A DNA stretch of 64,000 bases, taken from the NCBI RefSeq assembly GCF_001194135.2, contig NC_068988.1, forward strand, positions 18,550,738-18,614,737, written 5' to 3'. The DNA comes from Octopus bimaculoides. Lineage: Eukaryota. A program made the position numbers and the translations under genes. Shown piece after piece: positions 13,095-26,489 of this stretch; position 1 is the stretch's first letter; each line of letters begins with the position of its first letter. The notes below the pieces were generated by a model. The model saw only the letters and a list, made by a program, of their open reading frames with translations. It was not told the origin of the DNA and ran no database searches.

Positions 13095-13839
13095 NNNNNN
13101 NNNNNNNNNNNNNNNNNNNNNNNNNNNNNNNNNNNNNNNNNNNNNNNNNNNNNNNNNNNNNNNNNNNNNNNNNNNNNNNNNNNNNNNNNNNNNNNNNNNN
13201 NNNNNNNNNNNNNNNNNNNNNNNNNNNNNNNNNNNNNNNNNNNNNNNNNNNNNNNNNNNNNNNNNNNNNNNNNNNNNNNNNNNNNNNNNNNNNNNNNNNN
13301 NNNNNNNNNNNNNNNNNNNNNNNNNNNNNNNNNNNNNNNNNNNNNNNNNNNNNNNNNNNNNNNNNNNNNNNNNNNNNNNNNNNNNNNNNNNNNNNNNNNN
13401 NNNNNNNNNNNNNNNNNNNNNNNNNNNNNNNNNNNNNNNNNNNNNNNNNNNNNNNNNNNNNNNNNNNNNNNNNNNNNNNNNNNNNNNNNNNNNNNNNNNN
13501 NNNNNNNNNNNNNNNNNNNNNNNNNNNNNNNNNNNNNNNNNNNNNNNNNNNNNNNNNNNNNNNNNNNNNNNNNNNNNNNNNNNNNNNNNNNNNNNNNNNN
13601 NNNNNNNNNNNNNNNNNNNNNNNNNNNNNNNNNNNNNNNNNNNNNNNNNNNNNNNNNNNNNNNNNNNNNNNNNNNNNNNNNNNNNNNNNNNNNNNNNNNN
13701 NNNNNNNNNNNNNNNNNNNNNNNNNNNNNNNNNNNNNNNNNNNNNNNNNNNNNNNNNNNNNNNNNNNNNNNNNNNNNNNNNNNNNNNNNNNNNNNNNNNN
13801 NNNNNNNNNNNNNNNNNNNNNNNNNNNNNNNNNNNNNNN

Positions 13840-14040
13840 TTTCGTGCGGGTGACACGTAAAAGCACCCACTACACTCTCTGAGTGGTTGGCGTTAGGAAG
13901 GGCATCCAGCTGTAGAAACTCTGCCAAATCAGACTGGAGCCTGGTGTTGCCATCCGGTTTCACCAGTCCTCAGTCAAATCGTCCAACCCATGCTAGCATG
14001 GAAAGCGGACGTTAAACGATGATGATGATGATGATGATGA
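13840..14040 (+). mobile_element. SINE family A copy
   Basis: Family A body and tail next to a gap; a further partial copy lies at ~12875-13035 on the minus strand, inside a family B SINE. Confidence 0.8.
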
Positions 14041-15534
14041 TATATATGTATGTATATATACATACAACAAGCCTCTTTCAGTTTCCATCTACCAAACTCA
14101 CTCACAAGGTTTTAGTTGGCCCAAGAAGGCTATACAGTTGAAGACACTTGCCCAAGGTATCATATTGTAGGACTGAACCCAGAAACGTGTGGTTGGTAAA
14201 CGACTACATTTGTATATACAATTTTTTATATATTTATCCTTTTTTCAGAGTCTTCTTATGTAATGTTTCAGTAAGGGAATCTCCAAGGTTTACGTAGCTC
14301 AGATCCTTATCAACTCTAACTCCAGTACTGAGATAGGGAAAGCCCCAGTTAGAAAAATATTTCATACCAGAGGACGTTTATCTGCTGTATACCAGTTTAT
14401 TCCTTGTGACCAGAGCTTATGTGTTTAACCTGGATATTAACATTCAACAATTTATTTATTTGTTTGTTTGTTTGTTTGTTTCATTCATTTGACTGTGGTC
14501 ATGCTGGGTCACCTCCTTGAAGTATTTAATCAATCAAATCAACCCCAGTACATATTTTCCAAGTCTTGCACATATTCTCCTAACCTCATTTGCTGAACTA
14601 CTAATTTACAAGGATATAAACAAACCAACACCAGACATTAGGCAGTGTTGGAGACAAACACAACACTAACACAGACACACATAGTTACACACACACATGG
14701 TGGCATACACACACACACGTGTTATCAATGAACAAAAGTTATGCCCAGTTCTTCAGTGTCCTTCCTCGTCCATTATTTCCAATTTCTTCTAAGTTATAAT
14801 GTGAAATATTAATTAAACTACATTCAAGGTACTTCCAGTTGAAAAATATTGATTTAAACATAGCCAGCTATAATTTTCATATTTAGTGGTTGTTTTCTTT
14901 CTTTTTCCTTTTTTTTTTTAATTTTTTCATTCAGTTTATGGACTTTGTGATTTCAGATTTTCCACTATGGCATTTTGTCCAAGAACAATACCAAATAGTC
15001 ATTTCAATTTTCTCATCTTCAATATTTAATGACCAAAGAACACATAACAAGGAACAGAATTAAGTTACTCGACCAACTTAATATCTATAATCCAACAGTA
15101 ATTTTTAATAAAGAATTTTCTGAACAGTTAAAGGCTAAACTTGACTACATGATTGATAGCTTACTCAACACATTGATTATATTCTAAGCAATTATTGATT
15201 TCATATTTTTGATTTTTTTTAATGCGCTTTTTAATAAGAGAATATTATTTAATCTTATAAGTCTATAATTAGATAGTAACTTGAGCTTCATGGTTGTGCC
15301 TGTAACATTATTGAAACACCTTGCTTTAATTATAGTTCACATAATTCCACAAAGCTAATGGATTAAGGTAAACATCTGAACTGTACTTAATGGTAGCAAT
15401 GAATGTTAAACGATTAAATTGCGATTTGATAAATAATGCAGAGAATCACAGAGTAATTTTAAAATATGAAAATGGTGAATGTGTAAAAGAATATTTAGGT
15501 GGTCCTTGGTTTTAGGGAAATATATCATTGGATT

Positions 15535-15945
15535 CGAAACTCGGCTTGCGAAGACCTGTTGGGGCAAGTGAAAGCAAAATCGTGATGGCACCTGTGCCCA
15601 GCGTCACCTTTCTGGCACTTGTGCCCGTGGCATGTGTAAGGACTTTCGAGCAAGATCGTTGCCAGTGCCACTGGACTGGCTCTTGTGCGGGTGGCACGTA
15701 AAATACACCATTTTGAGCTTGGCCATTGCCAGTACCGCCTGACTGACCTTCATGCCGGTGGCACGTAAAAGCACCCACTACACTCTCGGAGTGGTAGGCG
15801 TTAGGAAGGGCATCCAGCTGTAGAAATTCTGCCAGATCAGATTGGAGTCTGGTGCAGCCATCTGGCTCGTTAGTCCCCTGTCAAATTGTCCAACCCATGC
15901 TAGCATGGAAAGCGGACGTTAAATGATGATGATGATGATGATATC
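15535..15945 (+). mobile_element. SINE family A copy
   Basis: Family A body and tail. Confidence 0.8.
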
Positions 15946-16039
15946 TGTAGGACAAAAATGGAACTAAATAATCCATTTCAAAAATAAATTCAAAATCAGT
16001 ACTGAGTAATTTTTTTTTTTTTTTTCTGTTACTTCAAGC

Positions 16040-16510
16040 AGAAAAAGAAAATTATTTTAAAAGCACGTGTATCACGAAGGTGTTTTTTATCCTTTTGAAG
16101 TATTCATTCTTCATCTTTTCCTTATTGAAAGGTCCATCATAGTTGACATTCGCATCCTGTTCAAAATATTTGTAACTTTCCTCAGAGAGCAGAGGCAGTA
16201 ATTCTAGATTGTTTATGCTTAATGTCATGGATGAAGGCACAAGTTTGCTACATTTTATCTCCAAAAATGCACATTTGAACTCACCAAGTTTCATTCCTTT
16301 GTCTTTGGAAAATTGAATTATGAGACCCAGTTCCTTTTTGAAGTGGTTAATATTTGGCTCGTGCAGCTGCTGGACATCAACAAAGAAAAGGGTGAGAGAT
16401 CGTATTGGATGCATTCCTGTGGCTATTGAGTTTGTGATTAGGTTATAGCAAGGGGTTTAGTGAGTGTACAACAAACTGTACTGAGAAGCTATTGTCCTGG
16501 GGGATGGCTT
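16040..16510 (-). mobile_element. Decayed non-LTR retrotransposon RT fragment, R4/Dong-like
   Basis: Translation ...QDNSFSV..HSLNPL...FFVDV...FSKDKGMKLGEFKCAFL...ESYKYFEQDANVNYDGPFNKEKMKNEYFKRIK resembles the QGDSLS / FxDD / FSxDIGMxFGxxKC / YKYLG...NKE.I.KEY..R segments. Confidence 0.7.
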
Positions 16511-17565
16511 TTTTGTAATGTATAGTATCAGATTTGATGTGTACATTGTCACCTCTAAAAAGTTAGGAGGTGTACCAATTTGGAGTATGGTGGTAGTTAG
16601 CAGTTACTAGTGATGGTGGTACTTTGGCTAATTGCAGTGCTTTTTGGTAGACCAGTCATAACATAGCCAAGTTTGTACCCTTATTTATTGCTCTCTCTCT
16701 CTCTCTCTTGTATTATTTTGCTCACTAATAGATGCTCAACACACTCTAATATTTCCTTCTTTTCCCACAGCTTATTCTGGAGTTACATTATTGTTAGTGG
16801 TACATCTGTCTTCCAAACTGATATGGGTTGGATGGCTTGACAGGGGCTGGCAAGCCACAGAGCTGCACCAGGTTCCACTGTCTGCTTTGGCATGGTTTCT
16901 ATGGCTGGATGCTTTTCCTAACACCAACCACTTTACAAAATGTACTGGGTGCTTTTTATGTGGCACCAGCACTGGTGCTTTTCTACATACCAGTGGGGAC
17001 ACCAAGTAACTTGCAAGATGAAAATCTATCAGCTGGAACTATGGGAAGTAGCTTTGTGCCAGGTGAGAGGTTAGAATATAATAGAGGAATAGAGATTGTT
17101 GTCTTATTATAGAGGAGATACTTGGCTACTCCAGTAGGACAAGAAAGAGAAGGAATGAAAGATAGAGTTAGAGAGAAAGAGAGAGAGAGAAAGAGTTGAG
17201 GATGCATCCGGACCAAATCACATCTAGCAGTGGAGAGTGAGTATAAGTGGTACAGAGGAAATAGAGGGACGTGTTCCATAAGGGTTTTGAAGGGAAGTAT
17301 TTAGAGATGGGGGAAGAACTGTGTGCAAAACTTAACCAATTCCAGTTTTTTTCTTTTTGTTTTTTTGTTTCAAATAACAAAGGCTGTAGTAGAATGTTAT
17401 ACTTTTCTGGAAGACAAAGATTAAACCTTCTGGAACCATTAAGGAACAGGAAACATGTATTATAATGGACGAAATGTCTTTTTGTAATAAAATATACAAG
17501 TTCTACTTTATGTGTTGAGTACATATTACTTCATTTGTAAACATATTCACCAGTTTATATTTGTA

Positions 17566-17781
17566 TACTCTTTACTCTTTTACTTATTTCAGTCATTTGA
17601 CTGCGGCCATGCTGGAGCACCGCCTTTTAGTCGAGCAAATCGACCCCAGGACTTATTCTTTGTAAGCTTAGCACTTATTCAATCAGTCTCTTTTTGCCGA
17701 ACCGCTAAGTTAAGGGGACGTAAACACACCAGCATCGGTTGTCAAGCAATGTTGGGGGGACAAACACAGACACACAAACAT

Positions 17782-17812
<31 letters not shown>

Positions 17813-17983
17813 CATATATACAACGAGCTTCTTTCAGTTTCCGTCTACCAAATCTACTCACAAGGCTTTGGTCGGCCCGAGGCTATAGTAGAAGACACTT
17901 GCCCAAGGTGCCACACAGTGGGACTGAACCTGGAACTATGTGGTTGGTAAGCAAGCTACTTACCACACAGCCACTCCTACGCC
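17566..17983 (-). mobile_element. SINE family B, full length (tRNA-like head, CORE-like CCTTGGGCAAGT segment, internal microsatellite, GAGTAAAA tail)
   Basis: A-box-like TGGCTGTGTGG and B-box-like GGTTCAGTCC; many near-identical copies in the window. Confidence 0.82.
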
Positions 17984-18298
17984 TATATGTGTATATTTTT
18001 TCACTGTATTGTGTATTTGTTTCTTTTTGCATCTAATATTTGTTATTGGTCTTCTATAATAATGAAGCTGTATCTCTTAATTTGCTACTTTTGTATACAC
18101 ATAGCAAGAAGAAATTTTGTGGAACAGTCAAAATACATCTTAACGAAATACATCTTGTAATCATCTGAGGAGACACATCTACACTGACGGATGCACCTAA
18201 ACCAGACAAATCAACACTAGATGGGTCGAAACAATTGTATTAATCAATAAATATTCTTGTATCTTCCATCTTCAGTCTGTTTTTAATTAAATACACAT

Positions 18299-18376
<78 letters not shown>

Positions 18377-19618
18377 CANNNNNNNNNNNNNNNNNNNNNN
18401 NNNNNNNNNNNNNNNNNNNNNNNNNNNNNNNNNNNNNNNNNNNNNNNNNNNNNNNNNNNNNNNNNNNNNNNNNNNNNNNNNNNNNNNNNNNNNNNNNNNN
18501 NNNNNNNNNNNNNNNNNNNNNNNNNNNNNNNNNNNNNNNNNNNNNNNNNNNNNNNNNNNNNNNNNNNNNNNNNNNNNNNNNNNNNNNNNNNNNNNNNNNN
18601 NNNNNNNNNNNNNNNNNNNNNNNNNNNNNNNNNNNNNNNNNNNNNNNNNNNNNNNNNNNNNNNNNNNNNNNNNNNNNNNNNNNNNNNNNNNNNNNNNNNN
18701 NNNNNNNNNNNNNNNNNNNNNNNNNNNNNNNNNNNNNNNNNNNNNNNNNNNNNNNNNNNNNNNNNNNNNNNNNNNNNNNNNNNNNNNNNNNNNNNNNNNN
18801 NNNNNNNNNNNNNNNNNNNNNNNNNNNNNNNNNNNNNNNNNNNNNNNNNNNNNNNNNNNNNNNNNNNNNNNNNNNNNNNNNNNNNNNNNNNNNNNNNNNN
18901 NNNNNNNNNNNNNNNNNNNNNNNNNNNNNNNNNNNNNNNNNNNNNNNNNNNNNNNNNNNNNNNNNNNNNNNNNNNNNNNNNNNNNNNNNNNNNNNNNNNN
19001 NNNNNNNNNAAGCATATGCATGTATACACACATATATGTACATACCTACATCTACATGTGTATATAGATGCATATTCGAGTACAGGACGTTAGAAAAATG
19101 AACTACAGACAACAGAACGAACACATAGAAAAACAAACAAGCCACTTATGGAATTATTCCTTCATCAGCTGCCTCTATTCTAAACTAGGCATTTCGAAGA
19201 TAAGGCAGGGCACACTCTTAGAATAGTTTCTTCCTAGAGAGAGAGAGAGAGAGAGAGAGAGCAGGCTGATAGGCAGACAGACAATCAGACAGGCAGGTAA
19301 GCAGACAAACAGACAGGCAGACAGACCAGCAGAGTGACAGACAATATAGATAGATAGATAGATAGATAGATACAGTAGTAATTAAAATTAAGTTTGATTA
19401 AATTATTGACTGGAGAACCAGTTGTGCAGGAGTTAGTAATTGGAATGTATATAAAGGATAATCCAATCTTTCAATAAGATTATGACATTTTTAGTTGAGT
19501 TTTTTTTTCTTGTTTGAAGTTATTTTGCTCCTTCATTTATAAACAGGCTCTGGAGCTGAACACAGACCTCCAGCTCAGTGGATCTTATAGAACCATCCAG
19601 CCCATGCCAACATGACAA

Positions 19619-19855
19619 GGCAGCGAGCTGGCAGAAATGTTAGCACACCGGGCAAAATGCTTAGCAGTATTTCGTGTGTCTTTACGTTCTGAGTTCAAAT
19701 TCCGCTGAGGTCGACTTTGCCTTTCATCCTTTTGGGGTCAATAAATTAAGTACCAGTTACGCACTGGGGGTCGATGTATTCGACTACATCCCTTTGTTTA
19801 TCCTTGTTTGTCCCCTCTGTGTGTAGCCCCTTGTGGGCAATGAAAAAAAAAATAA
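19619..19855 (+). mobile_element. tRNA-derived SINE, family F (related copies ~6455-6650, 7370-7590, 40385-40595, 53490-53650, 54430-54630)
   Basis: GGCAGCGAGCTGGCAGAA head, GAGTTCAAATTCC B box, central GCCTTTCATCCTTT..GTCAATAAATTAAGTACCAG domain. Confidence 0.72.
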
Positions 19856-20744
19856 AATGACTGCAAAGCAGATTTCTTAACCACACAGATATGCTTGTAC
19901 ATTTGGGTAACCATTTATCTGGTTGTGTCTATTATGTTTGTGAATGATGGGAGAAAAATTAATTGATTTGATTTTTCTCCCTTTATCTAACTGCAGAAAA
20001 TATAACTGGGTTTTCTGATATCCACTTGAGGAAGAATTTGTTTTCCATTTCCTTAATGCTAAGAAAAACAAGTTCAAGCATTAACATAAAATCTTTGTAG
20101 TCTAAGTCTACCTTGTGACTTAAGTGTACCTTTGTGGCTTATCAAAGGATTATTTTATGAATAGGCAAAAGAAAAAAAAAAATCAAAGAAATACTGCTTT
20201 GTACGTTTTCCTTTTACCTTTTGTTTGTTTTTAAGTGGCCATGCTGGAGCATCAACTTGAAGTGTTTAGTTGAACTAATCAACTCTAGTATGTCCTTTTA
20301 TTTTTAAGCCTCATACTTATTCCATTGGTCACTTTTTGCTGAGTCTCTAAGTTATGTGGACATATGACAAGCAACACCAGTTGTCAAGTGGTGGACAAAT
20401 ACAAACACACACATGGATATGTACCCAAATATATATGTCCGGGTATCATCATCATCATCATCATTTAATGTCCACTGTCCATGGTGGGATGGGTTGGACA
20501 GTTTGACCAAAACTGCACCAGACTCCGGTCTGATTTGGCATGGTTTCTATGGTTCGATGCCCATCCCTAAACCCAACCACTCCAAGAGCATAATGAGTGC
20601 TTTTACATGCCGCCAGCATGTGTGCTAGTTGCATGAACCAGTATCTGCCTCAACTACAATTTCACTTGGCTTTATGGGTTTCCTCAAGCTCAGCATATTG
20701 CCATGAGTCTTGGTCATTTGTCATATATACATACATACATACAT

Positions 20745-20961
20745 ATCATCATCATCATCATCATCATCATCGTTTAACGTCAGCTTTCCATGCTAGCATG
20801 GGTTGGACGATTTGACTGAGGACTGGTGAAACCGGATGGCAACACCAGGCTCCAATCTAATTTGGCAGAGTTTCTACAGCTGGATGCCCTTCCTAACGCC
20901 AACCACTCAGAGAGTGTAGTGGGTGCTTTTACGTGTCACCCGCACAAAAACGGCCACGCTC
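20745..20961 (-). mobile_element. SINE family A copy
   Basis: Family A tail and body up to a gap. Confidence 0.8.
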
Positions 20962-21452
20962 NNNNNNNNNNNNNNNNNNNNNNNNNNNNNNNNNNNNNNN
21001 NNNNNNNNNNNNNNNNNNNNNNNNNNNNNNNNNNNNNNNNNNNNNNNNNNNNNNNNNNNNNNNNNNNNNNNNNNNNNNNNNNNNNNNNNNNNNNNNNNNN
21101 NNNNNNNNNNNNNNNNNNNNNNNNNNNNNNNNNNNNNNNNNNNNNNNNNNNNNNNNNNNNNNNNNNNNNNNNNNNNNNNNNNNNNNNNNNNNNNNNNNNN
21201 NNNNNNNNNNNNNNNNNNNNNNNNNNNNNNNNNNNNNNNNNNNNNNNNNNNNNNNNNNNNNNNNNNNATCTGAAAGGTATAGTATTAAATATCCATCATG
21301 GCTGATCTTACCAATCAGTTTTGTGTAAAGAATGCAATGGAGTGTTAGGTAACAAACTGATTATGTAACTTTATGCTCATCAGAGTTAGCCGATATGGAA
21401 GAGGATATGGCAACTGCTCTCTGTTGTCTGTCACTAAATTATAGGAAATACT

Positions 21453-21494
<42 letters not shown>

Positions 21495-22369
21495 ACCACC
21501 ACCTCTTGAAGACCAGTGTTGGTTTGTTTTATGTCCTTGTAATTTACTGGTTCAGCAAAATGATACCAATAGAATACGTACCAGGCTTTAAAAGATAAGT
21601 ACTGGAGGCAATTTGTTTTGACTATACCCTTCAAGGCAGGGCCCCAGCATGGTCACAGTCCAATGATTGAAACAAGTAGAAGATAAAACATAGTTTGTTG
21701 GTTCTTAACCTGTTTAACTTATTGGTGCGCCAGAGATCAAATATCAAAAGAAAAACAAAAGTACTAACTCACTTGCCATGGAAAGTTAGATGTTCTTGGC
21801 AATCGTCGCATAGGATTTTTTTAATATATAATCTAATTGTTTTAAATGTAGAAAATGGTAAGAGAAAATTATAGCTTCCCTTATTTTGCCAATCATATTT
21901 GTCTATAACAAAACCATGTACAACACGTTTTTGTATTTTTCTTTTCAAGAAAATCGAGTATAAGTTTTCTAGAACCTCGAATTATATTCCAAAATAAATC
22001 TATGAAGTATCTAGACACAATTTTGGTAGGTACTATTCATGAATATCTGGCTTAATTTATGGAAATCCGGAGAAAATTCACTAGGATTTCAAATAAGCAG
22101 TAATATAGTGTAAGGGAAATAACTTTAGAGAATTATAACGTACACTACTGTCAAACACAAAATGTTTTAAATTATGGATAGATATTAAATGACAACGTAA
22201 CAGGTTTATATTTTATAAATTTATTATTATCAAACATATATAACAAGTTATATAACAATAAAATACTTGATTCTTGTTAATAATCAAACTGGTTATATTA
22301 TAGAATGATTCGGTTCCTCGTATTTTAAGACTTCAGAAATAGCTGACTTAGCAGAGTTATCTCCCATCG

Positions 22370-22850
22370 TAATAATAATAATGAAATTATTTTGTGTAGT
22401 GCTCAGGTGCACTACAACTCATAATTATGTACGAAAGTCAGGAAAGTGAACAGTGTATGAGTTATGATGTACATGTGTGCATGCGTATAGAGTGGGAGAT
22501 ATCAAGTGTAGTGTTAGCGAATTTCAGGAAGTGTGGAGGTTTCCAAGGATGCAATGTCTCAGCAACTAGCAACTAATGTAGGTAGTTTGTTCCATGCTTC
22601 AGCAATTCTGAGTGTGAAAAAATGTTTCTGAAAGCCATGGGAGCTGTGCTGTTTTCTGACTTTGTAGGCATGCCCACGTGTGTTAGACACATGGAACTCA
22701 AAAAGGTGCTTGAGGTGGCTGTTGGCACGATGGTTAACAATTTTCTAGTTGTTTACCAAATTAGTTGCCAGACGTTGAAGCTTCAATGTATCTATGCCCA
22801 GGGAAGCAAGGCATCCAGAGTATGGCAGATGTGTGATGGAGAACACCTTA
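22370..22850 (-). mobile_element. 3' end of a CR1/L2-group LINE
   Basis: Translation LGIDTLKLQRL...SNTRGHAYKVRKQHS..FQKHFFTLRIAEAWNKLP; 3' stem-loop TGTAGTGC-N6-GCACTACA (22395-22416) and (AAT)n tail. Confidence 0.82.
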
Positions 22851-22980
22851 TAATAGTGGTTCCCAAAATGGGTGGTATTGCTCCACCCCCACCCCACCCC
22901 TGGGGGCGGTGGAAAGATCCAGGGGAGCGTTGAGGAAAACTGGGATGATAAATTGGGTGGCCAAAATGGGGTGATAGATC

Positions 22981-23738
22981 ATTATCATTGTTGTCGTTTA
23001 ACGTCCACTTTCCCTGCTAGCATGGGTTGGACGATTTGACTGAGGACTGGTGAACCAGATGGTTACACCAGGCTCCAATCTGATCTAGCAGAGTTTCTAC
23101 AACTGGATGCCCTTCCTAATGCTAACCACTCTGAGAGTGTAGTGGGTGCTTTTATATGCCACTGGCACAAGGGCCAGTCAGGCGGTACTGGCAACGGCCA
23201 CGTTCAAAATGGTGTTTTTTACATGCTATCTGCACAGGAGGCAGTCCATCGGCACTGGCAACGACCTCACTTGAATATTTTTTTACATGCCACCGGCACA
23301 TGTGCCAGTAAGGCGACGCTGGTAATGATCACGCTCAAATGCTGCTATTTACATGCCACTGGCACGGAAGCCAGACAGCTGCCCTGGCAATTATCATGCT
23401 CGGATGGTGCTCTTAGCACTCCACTGGCACAGGTGCCAGTCATCGAATTTGGTTCAATCACAATTTCGATTTCATTTACCCCAACAGGTCTTCGCAAGCC
23501 AAGTTTAGTGTCTAATGAAGGAGACATTGGCATGGGTGCCAGTCGTCAAATTTGGTTCGATTTTGATTTCACTTGCCCCAACAGGTCTTCGCAAACAGAG
23601 TTTAGTGTCCAATGAAGGAAAGGTATTCATAAGTGGGCTGGCTACACCCCTGGCAGAGGTCTTGGATTATGGTCTCACTTGGCTTGCCGGGTCTTCTTAC
23701 GCACTGCAAGCCACTAACCACACAGCCACCCCTGTGCC
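22981..23738 (-). mobile_element. SINE family A, near full length (tRNA-like head, internal repeat array, (GAT)n tail)
   Basis: Head GGCACAGGGGTGGCTGTGTGGTTAG; internal GTGCCGGTGGCACGTAAAA-type repeats; conserved 3' body ...GCATGGAAAGCGGACGTTAAACGATGATG. Confidence 0.75.
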
Positions 23739-24369
23739 TATAAGTGAAATAAAAGTAAATATGACAACAATTAATCTAGTGGAAATTATCAATAATCAAT
23801 TATATATTACACAAAAATTATTTATTGTGGAAAAATAATAAGGCATGTGTTGTATACATAGACCCCATACATGCATGCATACATACATTAGCAGCATGTA
23901 TATGAACAGCATCAGTGCCCAACACCAAAGTGCTGTACTATGCTACATACTCCCATGCAATTAGTGCAGAGAAACACCAGCTGAGGCTAGGACTCGGTGG
24001 TGGTGGCGGTGGTGGAGAGGAGGAGAGAAAAAAAAAACTATATTATCTATATTTCATTTAAAAATAAAAATCAGTCTACAAAAGAAAATTCATTTCACTT
24101 TTATTATATTACAAAGGAGCTAAGTGTGTGGTGTTTGTCTACAACTGACTCACAGTTTTTTTGTTTTTTTTTTAGAATCCTTGCATATTGTTGTGGAAAC
24201 TTTGGTGAAAACACAGCTGCAACATCCATGCACTGTTCTTGATCTCGGTCTTTTGGTTGAACAAAATTTAACTGAATTTGACATAAACTGAATTAGAAGA
24301 ATAGTTCTTAGCTAAAGCTAACTGAATCACATTTGTCATGCATGTAAAGATGCATGCGTTAATCTAGTG

Positions 24370-25190
24370 AACAGTGAGCTGCAGCTAAGTGCACCATAAG
24401 ATGTTGCTATAAGTTGCAGCTAGGAGTGCCATAATCTGTTGCTTGGTGTGTAACACGATGTAGCTACGTGCATCACAAAATGCAGTTAAATGGGTTGTGA
24501 GATATAGGTAGGTGTGCAGTAAGCTGTATCTAGTATCTAGATGTACTGCAGAATGTAGTTATGGGCTGCAAGACGTGGATAGGTGCATCAGATGTGCCTA
24601 GGTTCCCCAGAAGATTCAGCTAGGTTCTTATATGATGTAGCTAGGCTCACCACAAGGTTTAGTTAGATGCACCTCCAGATGCAGCATGGTGAGCTACACA
24701 ATGTAACTAGCTGTACCACAAGATTTTGTTATGCATACCATAAGACATAGCTGGATGCACCAAGAGATCTAGTTAGGTGAGCTGCATAATGTAACTAGTT
24801 GTACCACAAGATGTTGCTATGTATATCATAAGACATAGCTGGATGCACCATCATCATCATCATCATCATTTAACGTCAGCTTTCCATGCTAGCATGGGTT
24901 GGACGATTTGACTGAGGACTGGTGAAACCGGATGGCAACACCAGGCTCCAGTCTGATTTGGCAGAGTTTCTACAGCTGGATGCCCTTCCTAACGCCAACC
25001 ACTCAGAGAGTGTAGTGGGTGCTTTTATGTGTCACCCGCACGAAGGTCAGTCAGGTGGTACTGGCAACGGCCATGCTCAAAATGGTGTCTTTTATGTGCC
25101 ACCCGCACAAGAGCCTGTCCAGGGGAACTGGCAACGATCTCGCTCGAAGATGAATTTAGGTGCACCACAAGATCAAGATAGATGAGCTGT
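24370..25190 (+). repeat. Degenerate ~20-22 bp minisatellite (gatgtagctaggtgcaccacaa-like) with an 88-bp higher-order duplication
   Basis: Recurrent tagct/gcacca/caaga units; 24688-24762 is repeated at 24776-24850. Confidence 0.7.
24851..25150 (-). mobile_element. SINE family A copy inserted into a minisatellite
   Basis: Family A body; the host repeat resumes after ~25150. Confidence 0.8.
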
Positions 25191-25924
25191 GAGATACTGC
25201 TTGATGTGATGCGCTGCCCTGTAGGTTGTGAGGTATTGTGTAGTATGTGGATATGTGGTGGGTAGTTGTAGTAAGGTTGTAACTGGTTAATTTAATAGAT
25301 ACAGAGCTGGTGATGGTTTGGTAAAGGTTGGGTTTGGAAGTAAGAAAAAATATCAAAGTTGTTTGGATTGTGTGTGTGTGTGTGCATGTGTGTATCAATC
25401 ATGAACGTTTTTTAAGGGATAAAAATAATTGGTGCAGAAAGCTGAGGATTTTAAAAGATTCAGTTTCTGCACAAGTAGAATCAGTGAAGGTGCCAAGAAG
25501 AGTTGTGAGTATTCAGAAAAGGATGGAAAGTAAGGTAGATATCCTCAGAGCATGATGAGATACAACTGAAGTCTTGCTGGGAGTGGTAGAGAAAACAGAT
25601 ATGTTTAGAGGATTAGTGGGAGGGATGATTTGCATTAGAGTAACTGGAAGTCTTTGCTTATGGTAACCAGGTTAAGAGAGGTGAGTAATAAAAACAGGAA
25701 CCTGCATATGTAAAGAGATATCTTTTCAGAGTTAGTGCAACCAGGTTAGCAGAGACGGATAACTGATAAATAGCAAGAGGTTTATGTCTTAAAGAGGGAA
25801 AGGTTATGTGATTTGTATGTTAATAAACAGGTGCTGTGTAGGGTTTAGACTGAAAGGAAGTCCACTTTATGGCTATTGAAGTTGAATGAGAATTATCTCG
25901 TGGGTTTAATATTATTCTGTGACA

Positions 25925-26140
25925 TACCTGACTGGCCTTCGTGCCGGTGGCACGTAAAAGCACCCACTACACTCTCGGAGTGGTTGGCATTAGGAAGGGC
26001 ATCCAGCTGTAGAAACTCTGCCAAATCAGATTGGAGCCTGGTGTAGCCATCCGGTTCACCAGTCCTCAGTCAAATCGTCCAACCCATGCTAGCATGGAAA
26101 GTGGACGTTAAACGATGACGATGATGATGATGATGATGAT
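25925..26140 (+). mobile_element. SINE family A copy
   Basis: Family A body and tail. Confidence 0.8.
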
Positions 26141-26489
26141 AAGAGAAATCAGTGTGTGTGTGTGTGTGTGCATGCATGCACATGCGCATTATAAAAGTAG
26201 CATACTAAACTACCATGCTAGTTTTTTTAACATACACATGTATTTGTTTTTCTCTGACTAAGATGTTTCTTTACCTATCAATGTGGGCAAAAGATAAATT
26301 GTCCCAGATGATGATATAACCTCTTTTTTTTTTTCTCATGGTTTAACAAACTGTCAGTATTATTGTTGTTTTTCTCATAATTTTACTTCTATTTATATTT
26401 AGATAACACAATGAAAGTAAAAGATTTTGTACAGGTTTCAAATAAACAGTTTATTCTATTCCCTCCCTTTTGGTATATTACATACATGA

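Noticed and set aside
14273-14428. 51-codon open frame after a possible acceptor (KGISKVYVAQILIN...)
   Set aside because: No recognisable homology and no partner exons.
19150-19205. GAAA...stem...CTGATGA arrangement on the minus strand (also ~60145-60185 on the plus strand), a possible permuted hammerhead
   Set aside because: Stem II and the UH site cannot be formed canonically in either copy; the family consensus would be needed.
19995-20085. Frame KYNWVF*YPLEEEFVFHF with an in-frame TGA (selenocysteine?)
   Set aside because: No selenoprotein motif or SECIS seen; too short to support.
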